Positions 13,830 through 26,140 of a stretch of DNA of 64,000 bases are shown piece after piece. The notes under the pieces were generated by a model. That model saw only the letters and a list, made by a program, of their open reading frames with translations. It made no database searches and was not told where the DNA came from. Made by a program: the position numbers and the translations under genes. Origin of the DNA: Epiperipatus broadwayi (lineage: Eukaryota > Animalia > Onychophora). Where the stretch lies: contig JAQFVV010000010.1 in the NCBI GenBank assembly GCA_028023455.1, positions 4,836,001 to 4,900,000 on the forward strand, in the 5' to 3' direction. The stretch's first letter is position 1. Every line of letters begins with the position of its first letter.

Positions 13830-14795
13830 CAGACAAAACTCTCCATACAATAGTGCCACTATGAAAGCAGAGTAATCAATGGATGCCAGAAGGCATGTGC
13901 ATAAATGCCTATCTAGTGCCTACTCATCCAATATCCCCAGACTAGTTTCTGGCTTGTGACCTTCGTCAGTGATGAGCCTAGTATCTGAGAGCACTGCACC
14001 TAGATCTTAGGATCTAATAATGCAACCCTTCAGCAGCCACCCTTTACCTTATTAGCTAATTATAAAGCTTTTGAGTCCAAAACATTTTCCAATTCAAACT
14101 CATTAGCTTGTATAGTCATCATAATCCTATTGAGCAGGATTGGTATTAAGCCACTAAACATCACATGATCACTATTATTTTTGCTTTCACAAGCTTTACA
14201 CAGAGGCAAAACTCTCCATACAGTAGTGCCATTCAGTGCAGGCCAGAATAATCTATGGGTGCAGGAAGGTTTTTACATAAAATCCCTATCTAGTGCCTTC
14301 TCACCCAATATCCCCAAACTAGCTTCTAGCTTCTGGCTTTCATCGGTGAGGAGCCTTGGATCTGAGACAATTATGGTGACTGTGTTTATTAAAGAACCAA
14401 AGATACCAAAAAATGTGGATGCTGAACCGAGTTCACATCTATATAACTATACAAGCTAATGAGCTGAATTGAAAATATTGTTTCATTTTGGACTTAAAGC
14501 TAATTTATAGTTAGCTAATAAGGTAAAAGGTGGCTGAGGGAGAGCTGCATTAGATCCTAAGATCTAGTTGCAGTGCTCTCAGATCCAAGGCTGCTCACTG
14601 CTGAAAGCTGCAAGCTAGAAACCAGTCTTGAGGATATTGAATGAGTAGACACTAGATAGGGATTTTATGCAAAAATCTTCCTGCATCAATGATTACTCTG
14701 GATTGCACTGAGTGGTGCTACTATATAAAGAGTTTGGTATCTGTGTAAATAGCTTGTGCAAGCAAAAAGAATGGTGATCATGTGATATTTAGTAA
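13830..14795. mobile_element. Family A cluster: two minus-sense copies (13830-14125, 14150-14367) then one plus-sense copy (14373-14795), forming a fold-back
   Basis: GATCCTAAGATCTAG, GCAGTGCTCTCAGATCC, CACTAGATAGG and GATCATGTGAT appear in opposite orientations. Confidence 0.9.
13934..13975 (-). ncRNA. Minimal type I hammerhead ribozyme, best-preserved family A copy
   Basis: UCAUCA CUGACGA A GGU CACAA GCC A GAAAC UA GUC UGGGGA: intact core, palindromic stem III ACUAGU, GUC triplet. Confidence 0.75.
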
Positions 14796-15144
14796 TTTGA
14801 ATGATTATGCAAAATATTAAGATTCATTTATATAATATTTTTAGAAACCAATGAAAATTTCATAGCAGTATCTATATTAAATTCAATTAATTATCTCACA
14901 TTACATCATCCAATTCTTTTTAACAAATTGAAATGGAATCACTTTTAATTGCTTCTTGAGATTTTATTAAAACTTTTATAAGTAACGGTCCATATAAATC
15001 TAATTATTTCATATAATTTTTATGTATATGAAAAAAAATCTAACCATATTTATTCAAGTGGTTTTTTATTGCACTTTGATTATAAATTATTTTAATAGCA
15101 TTATAATTAGAAAGTTTATATTTTTATTTTTTATGTGTTTTTAG

Positions 15145-15253
15145 AACCAATGAAAATCCCAAACCAGTTGAATGTTCTATTTGCCAACGGAGATTTAAAA
15201 ATATACCAGCACTTAATGGGCATATGAGGCTACATGGAGGTTACTTTAAAAAG
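15145..15253 (+). CDS. TRERF1: C2H2 zinc-finger exon (TNENPKPVECSICQRRFKNIPALNGHMRLHGGYFKK)
   Basis: AG/GT bounded; CxxC...H...H with the ALNGHMRxHGG signature of the TRERF1/ZNF541 first finger; phase 0 into 27101. Confidence 0.9.
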
Positions 15254-15419
15254 GTAGATTATACAGTGGCATTTAAATATTTATTTTTATTAAAAATTAA
15301 TATTAATTTTCATAAGGAAAAAGTTTATATGCATAGGGTTGGAAAAAAAAAATTAATGATTTTATTGAAAAATAGGAAATATTTTTATTTATTTAAATAG
15401 AAACTGATATAAATATAAT

Positions 15420-16703
15420 TGCAAGTCTTCCTCAGATATATTTTTACTTGCAACATCTTCACTTTCAGAACTTGAATTATCATTTTCATTATTCCACTAG
15501 AGTACATCATCTTCACTATCACTTAAATAGTTAGCATTGCAACATTTTAAGAAAGATTTTTTGGTAAATTTTTTTAGATATCTTTGCAAGAATGTAAAAC
15601 CCACTGAGCTATTGTAGACGATAAAGCTCATTTTATTTTATCAGTTGGTGTCAAAGGATGATCTTGATTTTTTTTTTTTTTTCTCATGTGTCGGGAAGCG
15701 AACCCGCTAACCCGGGAGAACTGCTTGGAAAGCAGCTGTCGCTGACCTCTTGACCACCAATGCTTGACTGATCATCTTGATTTAACAATACTTTATAATT
15801 AGTTCTCATTCTATCTGTAAAGAATTTATTAACCGACATATCAAGTTGTTGGAGTTTACAAGTCACACCTACTGGTATCATTACTTGATCACAGTTTTTT
15901 GTTTTTACTTTAAGCTTAATGTTATCCAATTATATGGTAAATTGCAGCCGAACATTATAATTTCTTTAACAATTTGCTTTTGTGTAAAAGTAAATTTTTC
16001 TATTAAACTCTGAATCATTCTAAAATAATTAATATTTTCACAAATTTTCTGAAAAAAATTTACCATTGTGTAAAAAAAGATTCTAAAACATACATTTTCA
16101 CTTTGAAATTCAAAACAACAAAAATATTGGAACTGTCAGTAGAGAACAAGAAAAAAAACAATCAGGCCTAGGAAGAGAGGTTTTTATTGTATTGTTATAA
16201 CTTTAAATCTTATTGTTAAACTGTAAAAAAAAATTCTAATCGTTGTTAAGTGTAGTTTTCTCGATAATATAACAATAAAATTGGCAAAATAACATTAAAA
16301 GATTCTAAAACATATATTTTCAAAGTAAATCTTATTGTTTTATCAGTATTACTTGTAAAAAAAATTCTAAATCTTATTCAATACAGTTTTCTCGAAAAAA
16401 TAACAGTAAAATTGGCAAAATAATGTTAAAAGTAGCAGTTTGAGTAGAGTTAAAGCTATTTATGAAATTAATTCACAAAATATTGATATTTAATGTGAAA
16501 TCTTTTTTTTTTATTAAAAAAGATATAATAAGCTGTTTTACATAGGGATATCAATCATAATACTATGCGCATGTATTGTTTAAAGCAATGGTCTGCAGAA
16601 ATAAGATGCTAAAAATTTTTGTTTCGAATTTAAGATGGATGCCGCCCCTCTTTTATGGGCCCAAAATTTGGGAAAAAGTATATCTTAAATTCAAAGTAAT
16701 ACG
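15420..16703 (-). mobile_element. pogo/Tigger-like transposon remnant
   Basis: Minus-strand DDE_1-like VMIPVGVTCKLQQLDMSVNKFF, then PLTPTDKIK...KSFLKCC...SEDD. Pogo-like terminal sequence ATCTTAAATTCAAAGTAATACG near 16682-16703. Extent uncertain. Confidence 0.65.
15671..15769 (-). pseudogene. Retroposed tRNA-Gly(TCC)-derived sequence with poly(A) and TSD, inserted in the pogo remnant
   Basis: GCATTGGTGG...CTGCTTTCCAAGCAG...GGTTCGCTTCCC, then a poly(A) run; GAT(G/C)ATCTTGATTT duplicated at 15657-15670 and 15770-15783. Confidence 0.8.
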
Positions 16704-17279
16704 AAAATTTTATTGACAAAATATGTATAAAATGTAAAATTGCATTTGTACTATTTAATAATTCTTTCTATTTATTACTCAGGAATATTGTTTTTTTTTA
16801 TTGAAATCTTATTTGTTTGTATTAAATGTAAAGTTCCATATCTTATTTTACTACAGACAAGTTTTAATATCTAAGTAGATATTAATCTAGATCGTTCACT
16901 AGCTATGACAAGCAACTCCTTTAAATGTCAACAAAGTCTTTATTTTTTCAGCTCACACTATATATGATAAAACAGGAATAGCTATTTGCTCTAGTACCAT
17001 CTACTGTATGTTTGATTAATTTTCAGATCAATTTTTGGAATTTACCTTCAGGAATTCAAAACTGAAAATTATGCATCTAATACCATCTGGAATTCAAATC
17101 TGCCTAAGGTTTTGAACCCAAATCAACCTATTTGATTAATAATAAAATTCTGACCCCAGTTCATTAAATATATATTTTGGTACCTCATTTCTTTGTAATC
17201 TTTTAGGCAAATTTTTCTTCTTGTTAAGAGTATTAATAAGAAATCATTTAATTTTTTAACTCATACAATATATGATAAA

Positions 17280-18880
17280 TGCAATGTGATACATTGTGAC
17301 TTTTCCTTTTTTGAAGTCTCAGCCATTATGCTCAGAGAAACCAGTTAGCCACCTTACCGTCCCTTTCATTCCATTTTCACAATATTATCTTTGTCCATTC
17401 TATGGCCTTTATATCTAAATCCCCCTTATCTTTTTCCAAACCTAGTATAATAATTGCATTGTTTATATTTATTTTCCCACAACTTCATTATTCGCACTCT
17501 TTCTATTTGTAAGCATTTACACTCAATTAATAGATGCCTAATATTTTCTATGATTTCCTTACATAACTTGCAGACTAAATCACCCACATTTCTCCATTTA
17601 TGTGTACATTCCGTTGTTGCTAATGATCCTGTTTGAGCCTTAAACAATAATCTACTTTCCTTGCTATTGCCATAAATTAATTCACACTCAGTATTCTATT
17701 TACTTTTTTATATATTTAAGCTTTTTTCACTCTCCTTACTAGTTCTCTATCTAATGTTTGTTAATGCATCTATTCTTTTATCCCATTCCTTGCCACTATA
17801 ACAGTCAAAAATTCTCCTAACACAATCATCCCACCTTTTATATAAGTATACTGACATAAATTCTTTATCGAAATCTTCTGCATACCCATCTTGTTGCCTA
17901 TCCTTTATTCACAGCCCAATTAAATACTATTTTGACTATTCTCTTATTATCCATAAATTGCAATCTACTGAACATTTTCATTTTATTTTTTTGCATCTCA
18001 TATAAAAACTTAACTATTCCATTTTTTCTTGAATTGCCTCCTGCTGACCACACGTCTGCATCTTATGTATTTCTTCCTACTTTTCTTGTACTTTTTCTAA
18101 GTAATCTAACACCCCTTTACTAATACATAACGCATCATTATCGTACGTTAACCTTGCTACTGCCATTCTTTTTTTCCTCATACAATTCTAGCTACATCAT
18201 ATTATATGAAATCACTGTTAATTTCTTTATCAGTCTTTTTTTTTTCTTTGCTTCATTTATCAATTTTTTTTCCCATTCATCCCAACAATTTCTCCGATTA
18301 CTTAAGACGATTCCCAAAAAGTTATACCTATTCATCACATTTAACTTTATATCCTCCAATAAAAATTATTTCTTTTCTCTATCCCCAGCATTTATCATCA
18401 TTACTTTTGATTTTACTTCACTAAATTTAATCCCCATCTCTTTACCCACTCTTGCACATGTCCTCAGCATAACTCCTTTCTGTGCACAAGAACATATCAT
18501 CAGCAAATAAAAGACCTGAAAATATATATACTCCCTTGCCATCTATTAAAGGTATTTCTACCCCTCTTAGTTTTTCTGTTGCTCTCTATTTCTCTCAAAT
18601 ATAACAAAATTGGTGACATAGGGCATCCTTGCCTTAGTCCCACCTCATTTTTGTCTATCTGATTCTATATTTCCTAATTGATATGTATACTAATTTTCAT
18701 ACAATCTCTTAATAAGGTCCACTAAAGCTCTATTCATTCCCAAATTTACTCTATTTATCCATAATCTATTTCTACTTTCTCTATTACATGCATTCTCTAC
18801 ATATATAAAGACCATATTTTTATGAAGCAGAATGAATATATATGTGAATGTAACTTTTTTTAAAAATAGATATTTATAAT
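17280..18880 (-). mobile_element. 5'-truncated decayed LINE, paralogous to 19535-23238
   Basis: RT C-terminal half, FKAQTGSLAT and CKLCKEIIENIRHLLIEC; colinear with the second copy. Confidence 0.85.
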
Positions 18881-18959
18881 CATGACAAACAGAACTAAAT
18901 TGTGGCCCTTCTTCCCAAGAAGCTGTAACCATCCAAGATAATTTTTGGTGGCTGAAAGT

Positions 18960-19534
18960 GAAAAGTATTAAGAATCACTGATCATGGTTCCAAGCTGCCA
19001 TTCAGTGAACATCTTTTATTTAGGTACTTATAACTATTGATCACTTTCAAGCCAAGGAAGATTTCACAAATGGAAGAATTGCCTAATATTAAATGGGACA
19101 ATGTTAGACTTTATGAAGTTAAAAGAAAAAGTGAAGAGATATTAATTTATAATGTGGATATATATTTTGATAAAAATTTGGATATATATTTTGGTACAAA
19201 TGTGGATATGTATTTTGGTACAAATGCACAAATATTGGAAGCACAAGTGACATTCATTATAAATAAAAAAAATGGAAGAAGAAATTGTTCAAATTGATGG
19301 CATATCAGATAGAGTGGTAAGATTAGATATTCAACTCAATTGAAAATATCAAATGCAATTAATTCAGTTTTATGTCTTGATAATTTTTCATTGTGATGAA
19401 CAAGTAGAAGATTTTTCTATGGAATATATATATATTTGATTGGATCAAACGCTATCTTAAAATTATCATGAGATTTTAATGTCAAAATTGATAAACTATT
19501 AAAGTATGAAAGTGTTGTGGGTAAATTTAGTTAT
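18960..19534 (+). mobile_element. RTE-clade LINE, 5' part (AP endonuclease N-terminus)
   Basis: LGTYN...EELPNIKWDNV-LYEVKRK, IIMRDFNVKI...VGKFSY; the frame resumes at 23930. Confidence 0.75.
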
Positions 19535-22500
19535 CATGCAATGCAATGTATTTGGCTTCTCCTTAAACGAAGTCAAGAATATCTCAACAATTATGCCCAG
19601 ATAAACCTGTTAGCCACTTTATTTTCCATCCCCCACTCTTAAGTCTTCCCATATTCTGCCCCATCCCATTTCCACAACATAATCTTTGTCAACTCTATGG
19701 CCTTTATATCTAAATCCCCCTTATCTCTTCGCAAACCCAACATAAAAACTAATAACTCACTTTCTGTTTAGTCAATTTGTTCATGTCTATTCTCCCATAA
19801 CTTCATTATCTGTACCCTTTCTGCTTTCAAGCATTTACATTCAATCAACAGATGCCTAGTATTTTCTATACCTTCCTTACACAATTTGCACACTAAATCA
19901 TCCATATTTTTCCATTTACATGTATATTCTGTTGTTGCTAAGGTTCCTGTTCGAGCCTTAAATAATAAACTATTTTCCTTACTATTATCATAAATTAACT
20001 CACATCCAATATCCCGTTTACTTATATATTTAAACTCTTCTTACCCTCCATACTAGTTCTCCATCTCTCTAACTCCCTATTTTTTATTAATGCTTCTATT
20101 CTTTTATCCCATTCCTTACCACTATAACCCTCAACAATCCTCCTAATACAATCATCCCACCTTTTATACAAGTATACTGATATAAATTCTTTATCCAGAT
20201 CTTTCGCATACCGCATTACCTTTCTTACCCAACGAGTTACCTGCCCTTTACTCATAACCCAATTGAACACTATTTTTGCTATTCTTTTACTATCCATAAA
20301 CTGCAACCTACCAAACATTTTTCATTTTACTTTTTGCATCTCTCATATAAAAACTTGACCATCCCATTTCTCCTTGAATTGCCTTCTTTGCTGTCCACAT
20401 CTCTGCATCTAATGCATGTCTTCCTACTTCCCTTTGTACTTTCTCTAAATAATCTAAAACCCTTTTACTAACACATAATGCATCATTACCATATGTTAAC
20501 CCTGCTACTGCAATTCCCTTCCATACCATTCTAGCTACATCATATTTATTATATGAAAATACTATTAGTTCTTTACCATACCCTTTCTTTTCTTTGCTTC
20601 ATTTACCAATTTTTTCTCCCATTCATCCAAGCAATTTTCCTGATTACATAAGATGATTCCCAAATACCTACATCTATCCACCACACTTAACTTTATATCC
20701 CCCAATAAAAACTCTACATCTTCTCTTTCCCCAGTATTAACCATCATTATATTTGATTTTTCTTCACTAAATTTAATCCCCATCTCTTTACCCACCCTTG
20801 CACATGTCCTCAACATAATTTCCATATCTTCTCTTCTTTCTGCACACAAAAAGATGTCATCTGCAAAAAAGGACCCGACACAATATATACTCCCTTGCTA
20901 CCTATTAATGGTATCTCTACCCCTCTTCCTAGTCTTTCTATTGCTTTCTCCATTTCACTCAAAAACAACAAAAACAAAATAGGTGACATAGGGCATCCTT
21001 GCCTTAATCCCACCCCATTTTTAACTTTAACTGATTCTATATCCCCTAACTGGTAAGTATAATAATTATTTTCATATAATTTCTTAATAATATTTACTAA
21101 AGCTTCATCATTCCCAAATTGGCTAACCTTACCCATAATCTATTTCTATTTACTCTATCATATGCTTTCTTTATATCTATAAAACTCATATATAATGATC
21201 TACCTGAATTCCTACTCATCTCCATAAATTGTATAATAACAAACAAACTATCTCCTATACACCTATCTGACCTAAAACCTCCTTGCATTTCCCCCACTAC
21301 ATTATTCTTTTCCATCCATTTTACAAATCTTCCAATTACCATATATGAGACAACTATATAAAACTGATGTTACCACTATCAGTCTATAATTATTTAACTT
21401 TCTCTGATCCTTACCCTTTCCATTAAATAATAATCTTATTCTTGTATTACTCCAACTAGCCGGAAAAACTGTTTTCTGTGCCATCTTATTAAAACATGAT
21501 AATAACTTTGCTTTTGCTCTATGCCCTAAATTCATTACCATCTCTGCTGCCCATCTATCTAAACCTCTCGCCTTTCCACATTTCAATCTCTTCCCTGCCT
21601 CATTCAATTCATTTTTTGTGAACCTAATATTCCCATTACTAACTGCTTTCATTTTTTCTATCACTACTTCCTTCACATCTAACATCTTTTCTATATCCAT
21701 TACATATCTATTTAAGATTCTCTCTACCTCTTCTCTAGAGCTACACTCTATTCCCTCATCATCTATTAATACTATCTCTTTTCCCCTACATTTCTCCTTT
21801 TAATGTAATTCCAAAATTTTTTACTCCCATCTCTTCCACTTTTATTAATATCCTCCAACAATTTACTATTTAATTTCATCCTCTCTCTATAATTATCCAT
21901 TTTAGCCAACTTCTTCTTTTCTAAGTACTTTCCCCATTTAGCATTAATATCATTTTCACTTTCTTTGTTCTTAATAGCACACTTATATTCTCTGCATGCT
22001 TCTTTCCTCTCTTTTACACTTTTACTAACTCTCATTTTTTTATTACTTTTATTCTTCTGCATATTCTCAATTAAAACCCTATTTGCCACTTTTTCTATTT
22101 CACCACACCAGTCCTTATACTCATCCCCATCCAACTGCTCCATGGTTTCTTCAACTTTTAATTTATATTCTTCCAACTTATTCTTATCATTCACTCTCCA
22201 TCCACATCTTTCACTATTATTTCTACCTTTATTTCTATCCTCCATCACATTACTAACCATTTCTATTACAATAAAATTAGGATCACTATTACATACTCTC
22301 TCTTCATTAACAAACACCTTAATTTTCCGTATTTTATTCATTCCCTCTTTCTCTACCAATACATAATCTATTGTGTGAAATACATTATTCCTAGACCATG
22401 TGTATTGTCCCTCATACATATTTGATAAATTCCCAATGCTCAAATTTACTCATTGACAAAATTCCTTCAAAAACTGACCATTCTTATTATCTACATCATC

Positions 22501-23238
22501 AATTTCTTCAATATGTCCATTCATATCCCCTATAACCATTATACTCTTTCCCTTTTCTTTAAAAATTTGTATATCCTTAACTAGGCATTCATATATACTA
22601 CTGTTCCACTCCATTACAGTTTGTCTATCTCCAGTAGCTATATACACCACAGCCACCATCCATTCTTGTCTACCCAACCTTATTTCAAACCACAAATGCT
22701 CTTGACATTTAACAATATTTAAATATTTCCTCGATATAACACCTATACCACCACCCCTTTTTTCTTTTCTGTTTACACCCTGCCATACCACCTCTTCCAA
22801 AATAGGTTCTTCTTCTTTTAGATGAGTTTCCACTACTACTAATACCTCCAGCTCTTCATTTTCAATTGCTTTATTTAATTCCAACCGCTTTTCTGGTCTC
22901 TTACCACCTTGCATATTCAAAAACCCAATTTTAACAATTTTTTCTTTCCTAACTATTCTTTTATAAATTCTTTTGATTCTTTCTTCTCCATTACGTTTAC
23001 AATAAACTTTCTTACCATTAATCTTATAAAACCATTCCCTCTCCACATCTACACTTATATCTAAATCAACCATCTTTTGCTTATTTTTTATATCCCCTCC
23101 ATTCTTCTTGTTTTTGATAATATTACAATTTAAAAGCTCACCCCCCTTTAAAAGTTTCCCGAATTATATTCTTTAAATATCAAACTCCCTAAAACTTCAC
23201 TTCCTTGTTTTCCTAAGTGCAATCCATCTTTATCAGGC
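19535..23238 (-). mobile_element. LINE with SGNH-esterase ORF1 tail and frameshifted APE-RT-CCHC ORF2 (CR1/L2-group or RTEX-like)
   Basis: ORF1 end PDKDGLHLGKQGSEVLG (~23150-23238), APE GFLNMQGG/VVETHL/GDMNGH, RT QGGFRSDR/GLRQGCPMSP/FADDI, CKLC...HLLIEC, and a short (CATTG)n-type tail at 19535. Confidence 0.9.
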
Positions 23239-23916
23239 AAAAATAGTAGTGCCACCTTGTGCTATCCAGAGTAATCAATGGATGCCAGAAGACTTGTGCA
23301 TAAAATCCCTATCTAGTGCCTATTCATCCAATATCCCCAGGCTAGTTTCTGGCTTATGGCCTTCATCAGTGAGGAGCTTTGGATCTGAGAGCACTGCACC
23401 TAGATCTTAGGATCTAATGCAATCCTCCAGCAGCCACCTTTTATCTCTACTTCACTACAAAACTATGAGAATGAAATTGAAAACACAATATTTTCAATCT
23501 AAGCTCAATAGCTTATATAGTCATAATGGTGGCTATGGTTGTTAAAGAGCCAAAGTCACCAAAATGTATGGGTTCTGAATTGAGTTCAGACCCATATGAC
23601 TATATAAGTTATTGAGTTTAGATTGAAAATATTATTGTGTTTTCACTTTCATTTTCATAGTATTGTAGTGAAGTAGAGACAAAAGGTGGCTGCTGGAGGG
23701 TTGCATTAGATCCTAAGATCTAGGTACAGTGCTCTCAGATCCAAGGCTCCTCACTGATGAAGACCACAAACCAGAAATTAGTCTGGGGATATTGGATGAG
23801 TAGGCACTAGATAGGGATTTTATGAACAAGGTGGCATTACTATATGGAGAGTTTTTGCATGTTTACTAACAGTTATGTGCTAGCATGAGATGGTGATCAT
23901 GTGATGTTTAGTGGTT
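23239..23916. mobile_element. Family A fold-back: ~250-bp inverted arms, each with a hammerhead motif (23334-23375 minus, 23748-23789 plus)
   Basis: Arms about 93% identical by manual count; spacer holds the hairpin ATGGGTTCTGAA-TTGAG-TTCAGACCCAT. Confidence 0.92.
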
Positions 23917-26140
23917 TAAATTTAGTTATGTTGTTAAAAATGAGAGAGATGACACACATTTGTGAAATTCATAGAAAAAGAAAAACTATATTATGAAATG
24001 TTTCTTTGAGAAAAATGCTAGACAGAAATGGATATGACAAATGAAGATACAGCAGAATAGGATTATACTTTGACTAACAGAAAATATGTATTTCAATATT
24101 ATAATGTTCTTAATAGATTCAACATAGGAAGTAATATGAATTAATGCAAAATTAGAGAAAGACAAAAATTATTAAGAAACACTGTATTCTTCTCGGTTGA
24201 TATTCCTAATTCCCAGAAACATACCAATGAATTTAAATGAGAACATTCAAATTGTTCTAAAATATTAATAGATTTTGAAGATATTTCATATGTGTATGAA
24301 ATCAATAGGGAGATAATTGATACATTACTGAGAATTGAGCAAAGATAACTGGTATAGAAAAGCAGCAATTTGCCAATAAATTTTTTATTGAGATATGACA
24401 AAATATGAGGGAAGGAAGGAATACGAAAATATATTAAAATAAATCCATTAAGAAGAATTGAACATCTAAAATTTGCAAATTGATATGAAAAAGTGTTGAT
24501 AACGATATAAGAAAATATAATTGTGAATTAACAATTAAAGCTATTGAAAATATTAGAAGTATCAAAAGTGTAAAGCAATGTCTTTATATTTGTAGAAATC
24601 TTATTTTTGCAATAAGAAGAAAAAATGAAACTATTACTTAAAAGAGATGACATCATTAAATACATCAAAGAGTTCTGTAAAGAATTATATGGTAGTAAAG
24701 AACAAGAAAACGATGTATTCCCTACAATTACTACAACTTCTGAATTTCCCAGAATGTTAAATGAAGAAGTGAAATATGCAAAAAGGGAAATGCATTAGAA
24801 AATGATGAAATTATACTCTACATCTTAAATGAACCAAGTGCAGAAATAGAAAAAATTGTTGGCAAAGTTATACACCAAATGTCTAAATGTTAAAGATATA
24901 TCAGATGAATAGAAGACTGCAATAGTAATATTGATATTTAAGAAAGCTGATGAAGATATTAGAAATTACTGTCCTATCAATCTTTAATCAATTCTATACT
25001 AAATTTTTTATTAAGGTAATTACAATTCATCTGTAGCAAACTTTGGGTTTTAACCAACCAAAAATAAACAAAAGTGGTTTTAGCACAGTGGATCACATCC
25101 ATGTATTGAAAGAAGTTATAGAAAAGACCAGTAAATATGAATTCCATTATACTTTAGATTAAAACATTAAATCATCAAAATATATACTTAGGATATCACA
25201 TTATGAAGAATATTTATCAAAATACAACCGCAATAATTAGATTAAATAGTAATACTAAGAAGATTAATGTAGAGAAAGGGCTTTCAAAACTATTTACAGC
25301 AGTTTTGCAAGAAGTATTTTGTGTAGTAAAATGGGACACTAAGGAAGTAAAAATAAATGAAGATTATTTAAGTCATCTCGATTTTTCAGATGATGTAGTT
25401 GATTTTGCAAATAGTGCCTCAGAGTTTCAGGAAATAATGCAACAATTATCAGATGAAAATAATAAAAGTAGGATTTAAGATCTCCGAAGACTAAAATAAT
25501 ATTCCATGGATTTTCTCAGAAGAAAAAAATAAAGATTGATATTATGAATTTTAACAAGTTAACAATTGCAAATACTTCGGTCAGATTATTAATATAGGTG
25601 GAAACATAATAGATGCAAGTAGCCTAGAATTAAACTTGGATGAAATGCTTTTGACTGAAATAATTTAATATTAAAAGAAAAAAAGCCTATATATTTGAAA
25701 AGGAAGGTTTTTAATAAATATGTTTTACGAGTTTTATTTATGGCTCTGAAATGTAGACATTTAACCGAAGAGCTCTGTAGTGGCTTCAAACTATTCAACA
25801 AAAGTATGGAAAGATATATGTTAGGAGTATCAAAAAGGGGTTGATAATGAAATACATAGATGAAAGACTAAACAGGTATTATTGATATCACTGAAAGAAT
25901 TTATGGACTAAAATGGAGCTTGACTCGATGTATGCAAGAAGAGATGAAAATAGGTGGACTGTTAAGTCTTAAAGTAGATCCCAAGAAATTATAAATATAG
26001 AAGGAGAACACATTAGATGGATGAAATAAGTTTTGCTGATGTGTTGTGGCGAAGAGAAATTAGAGATCAGAGAAACTGGATTAAATTTGAAGAGACTTTT
26101 ATCCTGCAGTACATTGATAAATGGTTAAAGTAGTGAATAT
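23917..26140 (+). mobile_element. RTE-clade LINE, 3' part (APE C-terminus, RT, C-terminal region)
   Basis: KNERD, IDYTLTNRK...VLNRFNIGS, NYCPIN, NIYQNTTAIIRL, LSHLDFSDDVV, ENWIKFEETFILQ. Confidence 0.85.

Noticed and set aside
14181-14459. 92-aa ORF as a gene
   Set aside because: It reads across the junction of two repeat copies; only its end (IKEPKIPKNVD...) might echo a PLE ORF terminus.
19165-19230. Three ~24-bp repeats as a CRISPR-like array
   Set aside because: Simple tandem duplication with no spacers, inside an RTE in a eukaryotic genome.
17932-22366. Hydrophobic plus-strand ORFs such as 18154-18510, 20653-20982 and 21965-22366
   Set aside because: Antisense shadows of the purine-rich LINE coding strand.
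14040-23690. Inner arms of family A fold-backs as locus-specific captured flanks
   Set aside because: The inner arms and spacers at 14 kb and 23 kb are homologous (ACTATA-AAG-TA-TGAG...ATTGAAAATATT), so they belong to the element.
23280-23830. A-to-G editing signature between the fold-back arms
   Set aside because: Differences are transitions in both directions with no A-to-G skew.
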